Shown here: positions 9,523 to 18,050 of the stretch, piece after piece
How the letters are laid out: the number at the start of each line of letters is the position of its first letter
How positions within the stretch are numbered: position 1 is the first letter of the stretch
Origin: Vulcanimicrobiales bacterium
Lineage (GTDB): Bacteria > Vulcanimicrobiota > Vulcanimicrobiia > Vulcanimicrobiales > Vulcanimicrobiaceae
Assembly: GCA_038215615.1 (NCBI GenBank)
Contig: JBBQQR010000012.1
Coordinates: forward strand, 1-63,009
DNA length: 63,009 bases
Direction of reading: 5' to 3'
Notes under the pieces: model-generated
Seen by the model: the letters and a program-made list of their open reading frames with translations, nothing else
Database searches by the model: none
Told to the model about the DNA's origin: nothing
Made by a program: the position numbers and the translations under genes

Positions 9523-11667
9523 CTACCGCATGATGTTGATTCTGCTGCCCGTGATTCGGGTGTGGCTCAAGTCCACGTTCCGAAGATCGACTCCAGTGAA
9601 ATCGCAGCCGTTAAAAGAAGCGCCGTCGAGATGCGCGCCGTCGAACTTGGCATTTTTGAAGTCGATGCCGTTGAACGAAGAGTTGCGCATATCGGCGCCC
9701 CGGAGATCCGCCGAGCTGAGATCGTCACCCGACACGGCGATACCGCGGAGATCCTGTCCGCGCAGGTTTGCGCCCCGGAAATCGCAGCCTTGGCAGTCGG
9801 CCAAGATCGCGCGCGCCTGCGAGGGCGTCAGTTTGGCAATCTCGATGTCGCAGCCGTTGATGTGCGCGCCCGCAAAGTTCGCGCCGGTCAAATCGGCGCG
9901 GCGCATGTCGCAGCCCTGCAGGTTTGCGTTTGCGAAGTTGACATCACGCAGATTCGCTCCCGAGAAATCTACGCCGCTCAGATTGGAAAACGAGAAATTC
10001 GCGCCGTGCAGATCCGCGCCGGAGAAATCCGAGCCGGTCAGCGATACGCGCGAGAGGTTGCGTCCGGCCCACTGCACGCGGCTGAAGTCGCAGCCGGTGC
10101 AAGACCCGTTGAGATCGGCGGCGCGCTTGAGGGACGCACGGTATCCGTACGGCACCTTGTAGCGCATAGCCGGAATATTGACGTTCACTGCGGGTACGTG
10201 CACGTCGATGGCCGGCACGTGAACGTCCGTCGCGGGCATGTGCACGTTGACTTCGGGAACGTTAACGTTGACGGCCGGAACCTGCACGTCGACCATACCG
10301 TTGTGTACCGTCGTGCGCTTGAAGATCGTCGTCGTGGTGTGTTTCTTCGACACGGTCGAAGAGCGAGGGCCTGGAGTCGCGACGGCGACGATCGCCGACG
10401 GAAAGGCTTGCGGCGCAGGCAGATATTTGTCGCGGTAGACGACAGTCGTCTTGGCCGCGCTTGCCGCTTTGACGGGTACGGCTGCACGGGCCGCCGTCTG
10501 CGAAGCGGCCGCAACCAAGCGCGTGACGTGAGCGGAGTGCGCGCCGGCCGCCAGCGTGAATGCGAATGACGGCGCGACGTTTTGCGCGACGAAGAACATG
10601 ACGATCAGGGCCGCGGCGACCGCGCCGGCCGGCCCGAATGAAACGCTCGTGCGCACGTTGCGGCCGGCCCGAAGCAGTCTCTCCACACGCACCGAGAGTC
10701 CGCGGCGCGTAAGAAACACGCCCGGAGCTGCGAGCGCGCGATGGGGCCACGCCGTCACTTCGGCCATGTGCGTAAGACAGGTTGCATACGGACGCACGTC
10801 ACCGGTTTGATGCAGCACCCAATCGTCGCACGCGACTTCGCGTTCCAAATCGAGTTGCTGCGCCATGAAAAGCACGGCCGGATTGAAGAAAAAGATGGCT
10901 TGGATGATGCGCTGCAGGCCGTTCGTCCAGTCGTCAGCGCGACGGAGATGCGCCAGTTCGTGCAGCGTGATTTGATCGATCTCTTTTTCCGAGAGCGTTT
11001 CGAGCAGATGTCTTGGAATCAATACCATCGAGTCGAACAGACCGACTGCAACGGGAACTTCGATATGCTCGGAGACGCACAGCCGCACGTCGCGCGTCCC
11101 CTTCTCAGCGAGAGTCCAACGGGCGAGCTGTTCGCGATAGTCCAGCGACAACGGGAGGGCATCCCGTTTGAGCGCCTCGAGTTTGAAGAGATTGAAAGCT
11201 AACCGCATTAAAAGGAAGAGCGAGGCTGCGACCCAGACTGCGAAGATGCCCAGCGCCAACGCCTGGGGCAGCGCAAAACGCAAACGGCTTGGAAAGCTCG
11301 GCGCGAGCACGGCAGGCTGCGAGGCACTAGCGGCAATATCCGATTGGCTCGCAGTGTTCACCAGTTTGGAGAGCGCCGCTTTAGGCGAGTGCGTTACCGC
11401 CGTCGTTTGCGGCGCCGCTGTCACGTTGTGAAATGCCGGCGCGCTCTGCACGCTGACTTGCGGAATGGCGGTGACCACCGGAACGACCAGCGCCGCAATC
11501 AGCGCGATGCACCACGCGACGTAGCGCGTCGTCGCGTTGATGTTCGGCAGATAGTTTAAGAGCGCCCAAACCGCGAGCGCCAGAATCGCGCCTTCCCATA
11601 AACTGTTGAAAAGCGTCGCGGCGGCGATCCGCGCGGCCGGTTCGGCAAAAGCAGCGAGCGCGTGCAC
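9523..11667 (-). CDS. BlaR1/MecR1-like M56 metallopeptidase with C-terminal pentapeptide-repeat domain
   Basis: N-terminal TM helices, LHELAH zinc motif, REVACDD, TM segment, Ala/Thr/Pro linker, then pentapeptide repeats with SCTGCD and DCQGCD. Confidence 0.9.
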   Translation of the reverse strand: MHALAAFAEPAARIAAATLFNSLWEGAILALAVWALLNYLPNINATTRYVAWCIALIAALVVPVVTAIPQVSVQSAPAFHNVTAAPQTTAVTHSPKAALSKLVNTASQSDIAASASQPAVLAPSFPSRLRFALPQALALGIFAVWVAASLFLLMRLAFNLFKLEALKRDALPLSLDYREQLARWTLAEKGTRDVRLCVSEHIEVPVAVGLFDSMVLIPRHLLETLSEKEIDQITLHELAHLRRADDWTNGLQRIIQAIFFFNPAVLFMAQQLDLEREVACDDWVLHQTGDVRPYATCLTHMAEVTAWPHRALAAPGVFLTRRGLSVRVERLLRAGRNVRTSVSFGPAGAVAAALIVMFFVAQNVAPSFAFTLAAGAHSAHVTRLVAAASQTAARAAVPVKAASAAKTTVVYRDKYLPAPQAFPSAIVAVATPGPRSSTVSKKHTTTTIFKRTTVHNGMVDVQVPAVNVNVPEVNVHMPATDVHVPAIDVHVPAVNVNIPAMRYKVPYGYRASLKRAADLNGSCTGCDFSRVQWAGRNLSRVSLTGSDFSGADLHGANFSFSNLSGVDFSGANLRDVNFANANLQGCDMRRADLTGANFAGAHINGCDIEIAKLTPSQARAILADCQGCDFRGANLRGQDLRGIAVSGDDLSSADLRGADMRNSSFNGIDFKNAKFDGAHLDGASFNGCDFTGVDLRNVDLSHTRITGSRINIMR
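10165..10296 (-). repeat. In-frame 7-residue tandem repeat (VPAVNVN-like, about 6 copies)
   Basis: VPAVNVN VPEVNVH MPATDVH VPAIDVH VPAVNVN IPAM within the M56 protein. Confidence 0.8.
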
Positions 11668-12050
11668 TACGGACCTTCCTCGTACTGTTCGATGAGCGTC
11701 TTGAGCCGTTGAAGCTCCGCTTCACCCGGTCGTTCGTTCTCGATCAAACGTAGCGCCAGTTCGGCGGATTTGTTTCCAAAGAATCGGTTGAGCAGCAAGC
11801 CGACCGCGGACTGCGCCGCTTCTTCGCGTTCGACCAGCGGTGAATAGACGTACGCCCGGCCCTCTTCTTCGTGGCTCACGTAGCCTTTTTGCTCCAGAAT
11901 CCTCATCGTGGTCAGCACGGTGTTGTATGCGATCGGCGGCGGCGGCAGCGCTTGGGTTACGTCGGCAATGGTGGCGCTGCGCTTTTGCCACAGCACTTCC
12001 ATCAAGCGCAACTCGGCCTCGGTCAGAGTCGGGGATTTCTTGCGAGCCAC
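11667..12050 (-). CDS. BlaI/MecI/CopY family repressor
   Basis: LTEAELRLMEVLW, YNTVLTTMRILEQKG, GRAYVYSP; stop overlaps the M56 start. Confidence 0.93.
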   Translation of the reverse strand: MARKKSPTLTEAELRLMEVLWQKRSATIADVTQALPPPPIAYNTVLTTMRILEQKGYVSHEEEGRAYVYSPLVEREEAAQSAVGLLLNRFFGNKSAELALRLIENERPGEAELQRLKTLIEQYEEGP

Positions 12051-12067
12051 GGCTACCTCCAGTAGAA

Positions 12068-12125
12068 ACTAATTCCTTAGTAGACTATAAAGTCTCCGGC
12101 GCCAGTTGTCAACTATGGAATTAAT
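12068..12125 (-). promoter_or_regulatory. blaI promoter flanked by two putative BlaI operators
   Basis: Minus strand TTGACA (12107-12112)-17 nt-TATAGT (12084-12089). Palindrome ACTAA-TTCC-TTAGT at 12068-12081 and an inverted near-copy ACTATGGAATTAAT at 12112-12125. Confidence 0.75.
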
Positions 12126-12191
12126 ACACCGCAAGGGTGGCGGGCCCCGTTCGGAGAGAGGACGAATAGCGCCGATTCGTTACCCCTATCA

Positions 12192-13229
12192 ATGGAGACT
12201 CAAATGCGGCGTCCCTTCGTCTTTCGCAGCGCCGGGTTAGTCCCGGCCGCCCTGGCCCTGCTGGCCTCAACTGCCTGTTCCGGCGGTACGGTGATTGGCA
12301 GCGGACCTTTGCCCACTCCCGCCCCGGTCGTGCCGCACGTATCGGCGGAGTTCACCGTTCCCACAGCCGCGAGCGCGCCGCAGGGAATCACCCTCGGTTT
12401 CGACGGCTTCATCTATTTCGTAGAAACGGCCGGCAACAAAATCGTCAAAATGACGACCGGCGGCGTCTTTGTCGAAACAGCCGTGCCCACCGCAAACGCC
12501 GGCCCGTTTGGGATTGCCGGCATGCCCGACACGAGCGTCTGGTTCACCGAAAATACGGCCAACAAGATCGGCACCCAGACAGGCACGACGGCTGCTACCG
12601 AGTATCCGCTGCCGACTGCGAACGCCGGGCCGACGTATATCACACGCGGACCTGACGGCGCACTCTGGTTCAGCGAAACCAACGCCAACAAACTGGGCCG
12701 CATCGATCTGAGCGGTGCCATTACCGAATTTCCCGTCCCGACGGCGAACGCCGGACTTGCGGGACTCGTCGGTTACAGCGACGGCGGAATCTGGATCGCG
12801 GAGAGCAACGCCTCGGCCATCGTGCGCTTCGACGTCACGGCCAAGACGTTCGGCACCCCGCGTCCGACGCTGACCGCAAGCGCCGCGCCGACGCAAATCG
12901 TCGTCTGCCCCGATGCTCAGACGTTGTGCTTTACAGAGAACAATGCTGCGAAGCTCGGACAGATCACGCCGGCGGGCGTCGTCACCGAACACTCACTTGC
13001 ACCGGCGACCTCCGCGTTTGGCTTGATTAACGGCGCCGACTTCAACCTCTACTTCACCGACCGCGCACAGAACAAGATCGGCCAAATTTCCGGCATTTCG
13101 TTCGGCGTCACCGAATTTGCGATTCCAACCGCCGGTTCTCAAGCGTCGTTCCTTTCGCTCGGACCGGACGCTCAAGTGTATTTCACGGAAACCGCAACGA
13201 ACAAAGTTGCCCGCCTGACCTACTTCTAG
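12192..13229 (+). CDS. Vgb (virginiamycin B lyase)-like beta-propeller lipoprotein
   Basis: Lipobox-like STAC; repeated GPDGALWFSETNANKLGRI-type blades. Confidence 0.85.
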   Translation: METQMRRPFVFRSAGLVPAALALLASTACSGGTVIGSGPLPTPAPVVPHVSAEFTVPTAASAPQGITLGFDGFIYFVETAGNKIVKMTTGGVFVETAVPTANAGPFGIAGMPDTSVWFTENTANKIGTQTGTTAATEYPLPTANAGPTYITRGPDGALWFSETNANKLGRIDLSGAITEFPVPTANAGLAGLVGYSDGGIWIAESNASAIVRFDVTAKTFGTPRPTLTASAAPTQIVVCPDAQTLCFTENNAAKLGQITPAGVVTEHSLAPATSAFGLINGADFNLYFTDRAQNKIGQISGISFGVTEFAIPTAGSQASFLSLGPDAQVYFTETATNKVARLTYF

Positions 13230-13546
13230 GCGGAGTGACCGGGCGGCGCATCCGGCAGCTCGGCCAGTAGCGCCACGCAGTTGCTTGCCGTGCCTACGAG
13301 ATAACGGCGCCCTTCCACGCCGGCCACGTGCAGTGCGGCCTGCTTCGTCAGCGGCGCGGAATCCAAAATACGGACGGTCTTTTTCTCCGCCGACAATGCG
13401 CGGCCGCGTGTAAAAACCCGCGCCGCCGCATTGAACCCGAGTAGCAGCAACGCCACGATGCCGAGCGCAAAGAGATAGTGCAGCGCAAATCCCACGGCCA
13501 CCCCCGCCTCTCTTGCAAGAGCCCCTCGGGACGCCGGACGCGCCAT
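13226..13546 (-). CDS. fliO: FliO/FliZ-like flagellar export accessory protein (start uncertain)
   Basis: Single TM helix then VRILDSAPLTKQAALHVAGVEGRRYLVG..VALLAEL, typical of FliO; TAATG coupling to the aroF stop. Confidence 0.6.
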   Translation of the reverse strand: MARPASRGALAREAGVAVGFALHYLFALGIVALLLLGFNAAARVFTRGRALSAEKKTVRILDSAPLTKQAALHVAGVEGRRYLVGTASNCVALLAELPDAPPGHSA

Positions 13547-14379
13547 TATTTGCAGGCGGCCAGTTTCGGTTTGACTTCGAGCGAACCGCGCAGCGCTTCG
13601 AGCTTGCGCATCAGCTGCGCGAACGCATCGAAGTCGAGCGCCTGCGCCGCATCCGAGAGCGCGGTCGGCGGTTCCGGGTGGACCTCGACGATCGCCCCGT
13701 CGAGCCCGGCGGCAGCAGCAGCCAAAACGAGCGGTTCGATCAAACTCGCCCTCCCCGTCGCATGGCTCGGATCCGCGATGACGGGCAGATGCGTGAGTTC
13801 TTTGAGCCGCAGCGCTCCGCCGAGATCGAAGAGGTTGCGCGTCTGCGGATCGAAGCCGCGCACGCCACGCTCGCACAGGACGACGTTGGGGTTACCTTCG
13901 AGCAGAATATATTCGGCCGCATAGAGCACTTCGTCGAGCGTTGCGAAGGGTGCGCGCTTCAAGAGAACGGGCTTGCCGGTGCGTGCCGCTGCCTGCAGCA
14001 GCGTGAAGTTCTGCATGTTGCGCGCGCCGATCTGGATCATGTCGACGTACCAATCAAGAATCAGCAGCTGCGTCTCTGCCAGCGCTTCCACGACGGCCGG
14101 CAGGCCCGCGCCTTGGCACGCCGCCGCGATCAACTTGACGCCTTCCTCTCCCAGGCCTTGAAACGCGTACGGCGACGTGCGCGGTTTGTACGCGCCGCCG
14201 CGCACCATGGCCGCGCCGGCCGACGCCACAAATTTCGCCGTCAGTTCGATCTGAGCGCGGCTTTCGATCGCGCACGGACCGGCGATCATCGTAAAACTTC
14301 CGTTGCCGAAGCTCGCCGTTCCCACGCGAACGACTGTCGCGCCGGCCCCTTCTTTACTCGCTAGTTTGTACACGGACAC
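13546..14379 (-). CDS. aroF: DAHP synthase class I-beta, no N-terminal regulatory domain
   Basis: IAGPCAIES, RGGAYKPRTSPYAFQGLG, QIGARNMQN, DPSH motifs. Confidence 0.93.
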   Translation of the reverse strand: MSVYKLASKEGAGATVVRVGTASFGNGSFTMIAGPCAIESRAQIELTAKFVASAGAAMVRGGAYKPRTSPYAFQGLGEEGVKLIAAACQGAGLPAVVEALAETQLLILDWYVDMIQIGARNMQNFTLLQAAARTGKPVLLKRAPFATLDEVLYAAEYILLEGNPNVVLCERGVRGFDPQTRNLFDLGGALRLKELTHLPVIADPSHATGRASLIEPLVLAAAAAGLDGAIVEVHPEPPTALSDAAQALDFDAFAQLMRKLEALRGSLEVKPKLAACK

Positions 14380-14391
14380 AGCCTTAAAGAC

Positions 14392-14421
14392 AAAAAAGCC
14401 ACCCCGGTAAGGGCGGCTTTT
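14392..14421 (-). terminator. Attenuator terminator hairpin upstream of aroF
   Basis: AAAAGCCGCCC-TTACCG-GGGTGGC-TTTTTT on the minus strand. Confidence 0.85.
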
Positions 14422-14452
14422 GAAGAGTGATTGACGATCTTCGCTGGCGCGC

Positions 14453-14515
14453 TTAACTTACCGGCATTTCTGCGGCGAGGTACCACCAATAGGAATAGCG
14501 CACGGACGAGATCAT
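14453..14515 (-). CDS. aroF leader peptide MISSVRYSYWWYLAAEMPVS
   Basis: 20-codon ORF with a TAT TCC TAT TGG TGG TAC cluster, lying between a promoter and a terminator. Confidence 0.85.
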   Translation of the reverse strand: MISSVRYSYWWYLAAEMPVS

Positions 14516-14524
14516 GTGGAGGGC

Positions 14525-14553
14525 AGTCTATCACGGCCCGTCGCCGCTGTCAA
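14525..14553 (-). promoter_or_regulatory. Promoter of the aroF leader
   Basis: TTGACA-17 nt-TAGACT, 9 nt before the leader ATG. Confidence 0.8.
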
Positions 14554-15131
14554 TTTTGGCTTTGCAGGCCGAGCGCGTTACGAACGATCCGCGCACCATT
14601 TTCGCTCAGGACCGACTCGGGGTGGAACTGCACCGCCGTGATCGGGAGCGAGCGGTGCGCGATAGCTTGGACGACGCCGTCGGAGCTACGCGCGCAGACT
14701 TCGAGTTCGGCGGGAAGCGTCGCCGGATCGAGGCAAAGCGAATGGTAGCGCGTGGCGTGCAGCGGCGAGGCGAGCCCTTCGAAGAGAGTGCCGCCACGAT
14801 GCGCGATGGCGGAGACCTTTCCGTGCATCGGTTCGGGTGCGCGCGTCACGCGCGCGCCAAACGCTTCGCCGATCGCTTGCAGCCCGAGGCAGACACCGAA
14901 GACCGGCATTTTCCGCGCGGCGGCGTCGCGAACGAGCTGCACGATCTGCGGCGTTTGACCGGGATTGCCTGGGCCCGGGCCGATCACGAGCGCATCATAC
15001 TCTTCTAAAAATTTGGGACCTAGCCGCGGGTCGTCGTTGTGCACGACGTCAGGCTGCGCGCCCTGTTCGGCCAACAAGTGGACGACGTTATACGTGAACG
15101 AATCGAAATTATCGACGAAGAGCACTTTCAT
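14550..15131 (-). CDS. trpG: Anthranilate/aminodeoxychorismate synthase component II
   Basis: DNFDSFTYN, GPGPG, GVCLG, QFHPES. Confidence 0.9.
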   Translation of the reverse strand: MKVLFVDNFDSFTYNVVHLLAEQGAQPDVVHNDDPRLGPKFLEEYDALVIGPGPGNPGQTPQIVQLVRDAAARKMPVFGVCLGLQAIGEAFGARVTRAPEPMHGKVSAIAHRGGTLFEGLASPLHATRYHSLCLDPATLPAELEVCARSSDGVVQAIAHRSLPITAVQFHPESVLSENGARIVRNALGLQSQN

Positions 15132-16519
15132 TGTACGCCGACCCCCTCGACTTGCGCGCGTACCGCGCGCTGCTCGGGGTCCCTCGACAGGTTCAGGATG
15201 ACACGGGCAATTTCTGTCTTGCCAAGGATCTCATCATACTCTGCTTCGGGATCGCTGTCGGCCACGATTCCAGCCGACGCTTGCCAGTGAATGTCTCCAT
15301 CATGCACGTGCATGCTGCGCAGCGTGATGCATGAGTCGAAATCGCCACTGAAAGCCCAGCGTCCGATGCTGCCCGCGTAGAATCCGCGCGTCACCGGCTC
15401 CACTTGGTCGATCAACTGCATGGCACGAATCTTCGGCGTGCCGGTAACCGTCCCAGCCGGGAAACCCGCGGCGAAAAGATCGAGCGCGTCACATCCGGAG
15501 CGCAGCGTACCCGTCACGTCGGAGACGATGTGCATAACGTGGCTGTAACGCTCGAGCTGCAGCAGCTCTGAAACTTTCACCGAGCCGAAATCGCAAACGG
15601 CTCCGAGATCGTTGCGACCGAGATCGACGAGCATCACGTGTTCGGCGCGCTCCTTTTCGTTCGCGAGGAGCTCGCCCGCGATGATCAGATCTTGCGACTC
15701 GTCGCGGCCGCGCGGGCGCGTGCCTGCCAGCGGACGGATGCGCGCCGTTCTGCCTTCGAGGCGCACCAAGAACTCCGGCGATGCGCCCAAGAGCTGCCCA
15801 AACGGCGCGTCAACGTAAAACATGTAGGGCGATGGATTGCGCGAACGCACGGCGCGGTAGACGTCGAAGGCCGTTCCCTCGAGGTGGGCGGAAAAGCGGA
15901 TCCCAAGCTGAAGTTGATAGACCTCGCCGTCCAAAATGTAGCCCTTCACCCTGCGCGCCAAGTTGAGGAATTGCGCGCGGTCGAGCGACGCTTCGACGGG
16001 TTGCGTTCCTCGCACGGCTCCCGGTAAAGACGGTCGCGCCGCCATGAGCCGGTCGACACACGATCCGATGCGCGAATCGAGTTCGGCTTGATGCGGGCCA
16101 CAGGTCCAGATCGTGAGCTCGTCGCTGAAGTGATCGAAGATTAGCCAGGTTGCCGGGAGCGCGACGTACGCGGCCGGCATCGGCGGATCCGCGGGCTCGC
16201 GGGCGGGCAATCGCGCAAACGAACGCGCGGCATCGTAAGAAAACGCCACCAGCGCTCCGCCCTGCCGCCGCGGATCGTCAACGCGGTCGCGGTGGCCGTT
16301 CACGAAGGCGCGAATTCCGGCAATCATGTTGCCGTCATCTTCAAAGGTCAGCGCTTCGAGGTAATCGATGCCGACGAACGAGTAGCGCGAGATCCGGCCG
16401 CCGCTTTCCACGCTCTCGAGCAAACACGATGCTCCCGGAGTACCGAGCGCGGCAAGCGCGCCGATCGGGGTGATCGTATCGGATGCTATGGTCCGGCTAC
16501 GAGAAACGAGGTTGGGCAT
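15128..16519 (-). CDS. trpE: Anthranilate synthase component I
   Basis: LLES, NPSPYM, PLAGTRPRG, AEHVMLVDLGRND, GTPKIRAM. Confidence 0.9.
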   Translation of the reverse strand: MPNLVSRSRTIASDTITPIGALAALGTPGASCLLESVESGGRISRYSFVGIDYLEALTFEDDGNMIAGIRAFVNGHRDRVDDPRRQGGALVAFSYDAARSFARLPAREPADPPMPAAYVALPATWLIFDHFSDELTIWTCGPHQAELDSRIGSCVDRLMAARPSLPGAVRGTQPVEASLDRAQFLNLARRVKGYILDGEVYQLQLGIRFSAHLEGTAFDVYRAVRSRNPSPYMFYVDAPFGQLLGASPEFLVRLEGRTARIRPLAGTRPRGRDESQDLIIAGELLANEKERAEHVMLVDLGRNDLGAVCDFGSVKVSELLQLERYSHVMHIVSDVTGTLRSGCDALDLFAAGFPAGTVTGTPKIRAMQLIDQVEPVTRGFYAGSIGRWAFSGDFDSCITLRSMHVHDGDIHWQASAGIVADSDPEAEYDEILGKTEIARVILNLSRDPEQRAVRAQVEGVGVQ

Positions 16520-16936
16520 CTAGGCTTGATTAGCTTCGTCGAGCTCCCGCTCTTCCTTTCGGGCTTCTTGCGCAGCATACTCCGTCGTCCGGCGCGCCTT
16601 AAGCGTTTCGGCGGCCTCGCGTTCGCGCATTGCCGCCCGAGCCTGATCGCGCAGCTCCGTCATTTCGTTTTGGCAGGCCAAAACCGTGGAGCGTGCCGCC
16701 GTGACCGCGCCATCGATGCTCGCGGCCAGTGCCGATCCGGTCATTCCGACCTCGCGGCAGGCACGTGCGAGATCCTGTTCGAGCCGCGTCAGGCGACGGT
16801 GGGCCTCGTCAAATCGCGCCTGTGCGAGAGCGAGCGCTGCGCGCTTGAGGTGTTCGGCAGACCGCCGACGCGCAAGCAGTGCCTCGAGCGCGTTATGAAC
16901 TCTATTAAACTGCGAGCTGCGACCGCTCCGGGCCAA
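16520..16936 (-). CDS. FliJ-like coiled-coil protein (start uncertain, TTG 16936)
   Basis: Helical heptads ending ETLKARRTTEYAAQEARKEERELDE, resembling the FliJ C-terminus. Confidence 0.55.
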   Translation of the reverse strand: MARSGRSSQFNRVHNALEALLARRRSAEHLKRAALALAQARFDEAHRRLTRLEQDLARACREVGMTGSALAASIDGAVTAARSTVLACQNEMTELRDQARAAMREREAAETLKARRTTEYAAQEARKEERELDEANQA

Positions 16937-18050
16937 CCGAGACGCATTCGACCGGAACGGCGAGCGACTCTTCGATGCGCTTGATATAAGCGCGCGCTTC
17001 GGCCGGAAGATTCGCAATGCGCGTAACGCCGGTAATATCGGCGTTCCAGCCTGGAAGGTATGCGATCTCGACGTGGAGATTCGGATCGGAAGCCGCTGCA
17101 AACGCGGCCGATTTTCCGCCAATACCGTACGCCGTCACGATGCCAATCCTTTCTAGACCTGAAAGCACGTCAAGTTTCGTGATCGCCGCCGCCGTCAAAC
17201 CGTTCAGACGCGACGCATAACGTGCAGCGACAGCATCAAACCATCCACAACGGCGCGGACGGCCGGTCACCGTGCCGAACTCCGCGCCGGACGCACGTAA
17301 ACGCTCGCCATCTTCGCCGGGAAGTTCCGACGGAAAAGGACCGGCGCCGACGCGCGTCGCGTACGCCTTGACGACTCCCAGCACGCGATCGATCGCACGC
17401 GGTCCGACACCCAGGCCGATGCAAGCGCCGCCCGCCAAAGTGTGCGAGCTCGTTACGTACGGGTAGGTGCCGTATCCCACATCCAGCAACGTGCCCTGCG
17501 CGCCTTCAGCCAGGACTCGCTGCCCGCGCTCTAGCGCGGAATGCAGATACTCAACGCCGTCCACGACATGACCGGCAACGGACTTGTCTAGTTCGCCCGA
17601 AGCGAGGAGCGCGGCGAACGTCACACCCTTGCGCGCGACTTTATCGACGTAGGCCGGCCCGATGCCGCGTCCCGTCGTCCCGAGTGCGCCCGCACCCCGA
17701 GCCTTCTCCGCTTCGCGATCCGCATCGGCGTGGTGCGGCAAGACGACGTGCGCGCGGTCGGAAATCTTGATCCGCGAAAGATCGACGCCGATCTTGGCAA
17801 GCGTTACGAACTCGGCAAGCAAGCCGGCCAGGTTGATGACGGTGCCGCCGCCGATGAACAGATCGCAGCGTTCTTGAAGCACTGCCGAAGGCACGACGCG
17901 AAGCGCAAGCTTACGATCGCCGACGCGAATCGTATGGCCGGCATTGTCTCCGCCGCCAAAACGCGCGACGATGTCGAAGTCGCGCGCATAATAATCGACG
18001 ATGCGGCCCTTACCCTCGTCACCCCACTGCAGGCCGACGATTACGTCGAT
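16905..18050 (-). CDS. purA: Adenylosuccinate synthetase; no canonical in-frame start codon
   Basis: The frame extends upstream of the track ORF as IDVIVGLQWGDEGKGRIVD...GGDNAGHT; also [18 protein letters not shown]. Confidence 0.92.
   Translation of the reverse strand: MDVIVGLQWGDEGKGRIVDYYARDFDIVARFGGGDNAGHTIRVGDRKLALRVVPSAVLQERCDLFIGGGTVINLAGLLAEFVTLAKIGVDLSRIKISDRAHVVLPHHADADREAEKARGAGALGTTGRGIGPAYVDKVARKGVTFAALLASGELDKSVAGHVVDGVEYLHSALERGQRVLAEGAQGTLLDVGYGTYPYVTSSHTLAGGACIGLGVGPRAIDRVLGVVKAYATRVGAGPFPSELPGEDGERLRASGAEFGTVTGRPRRCGWFDAVAARYASRLNGLTAAAITKLDVLSGLERIGIVTAYGIGGKSAAFAAASDPNLHVEIAYLPGWNADITGVTRIANLPAEARAYIKRIEESLAVPVECVSVGPERSQLAV

Noticed and set aside
8619..10130. Short periodic DNA repeats resembling an array
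   Set aside because: They are codons of pentapeptide repeats; there is no repeat-spacer structure or cas gene, so this is not CRISPR.
12350..13200. Repeated CCCACCGCAAACGCCGG-like motifs
   Set aside because: They encode beta-propeller blades (PTANAG) of the Vgb-like protein.
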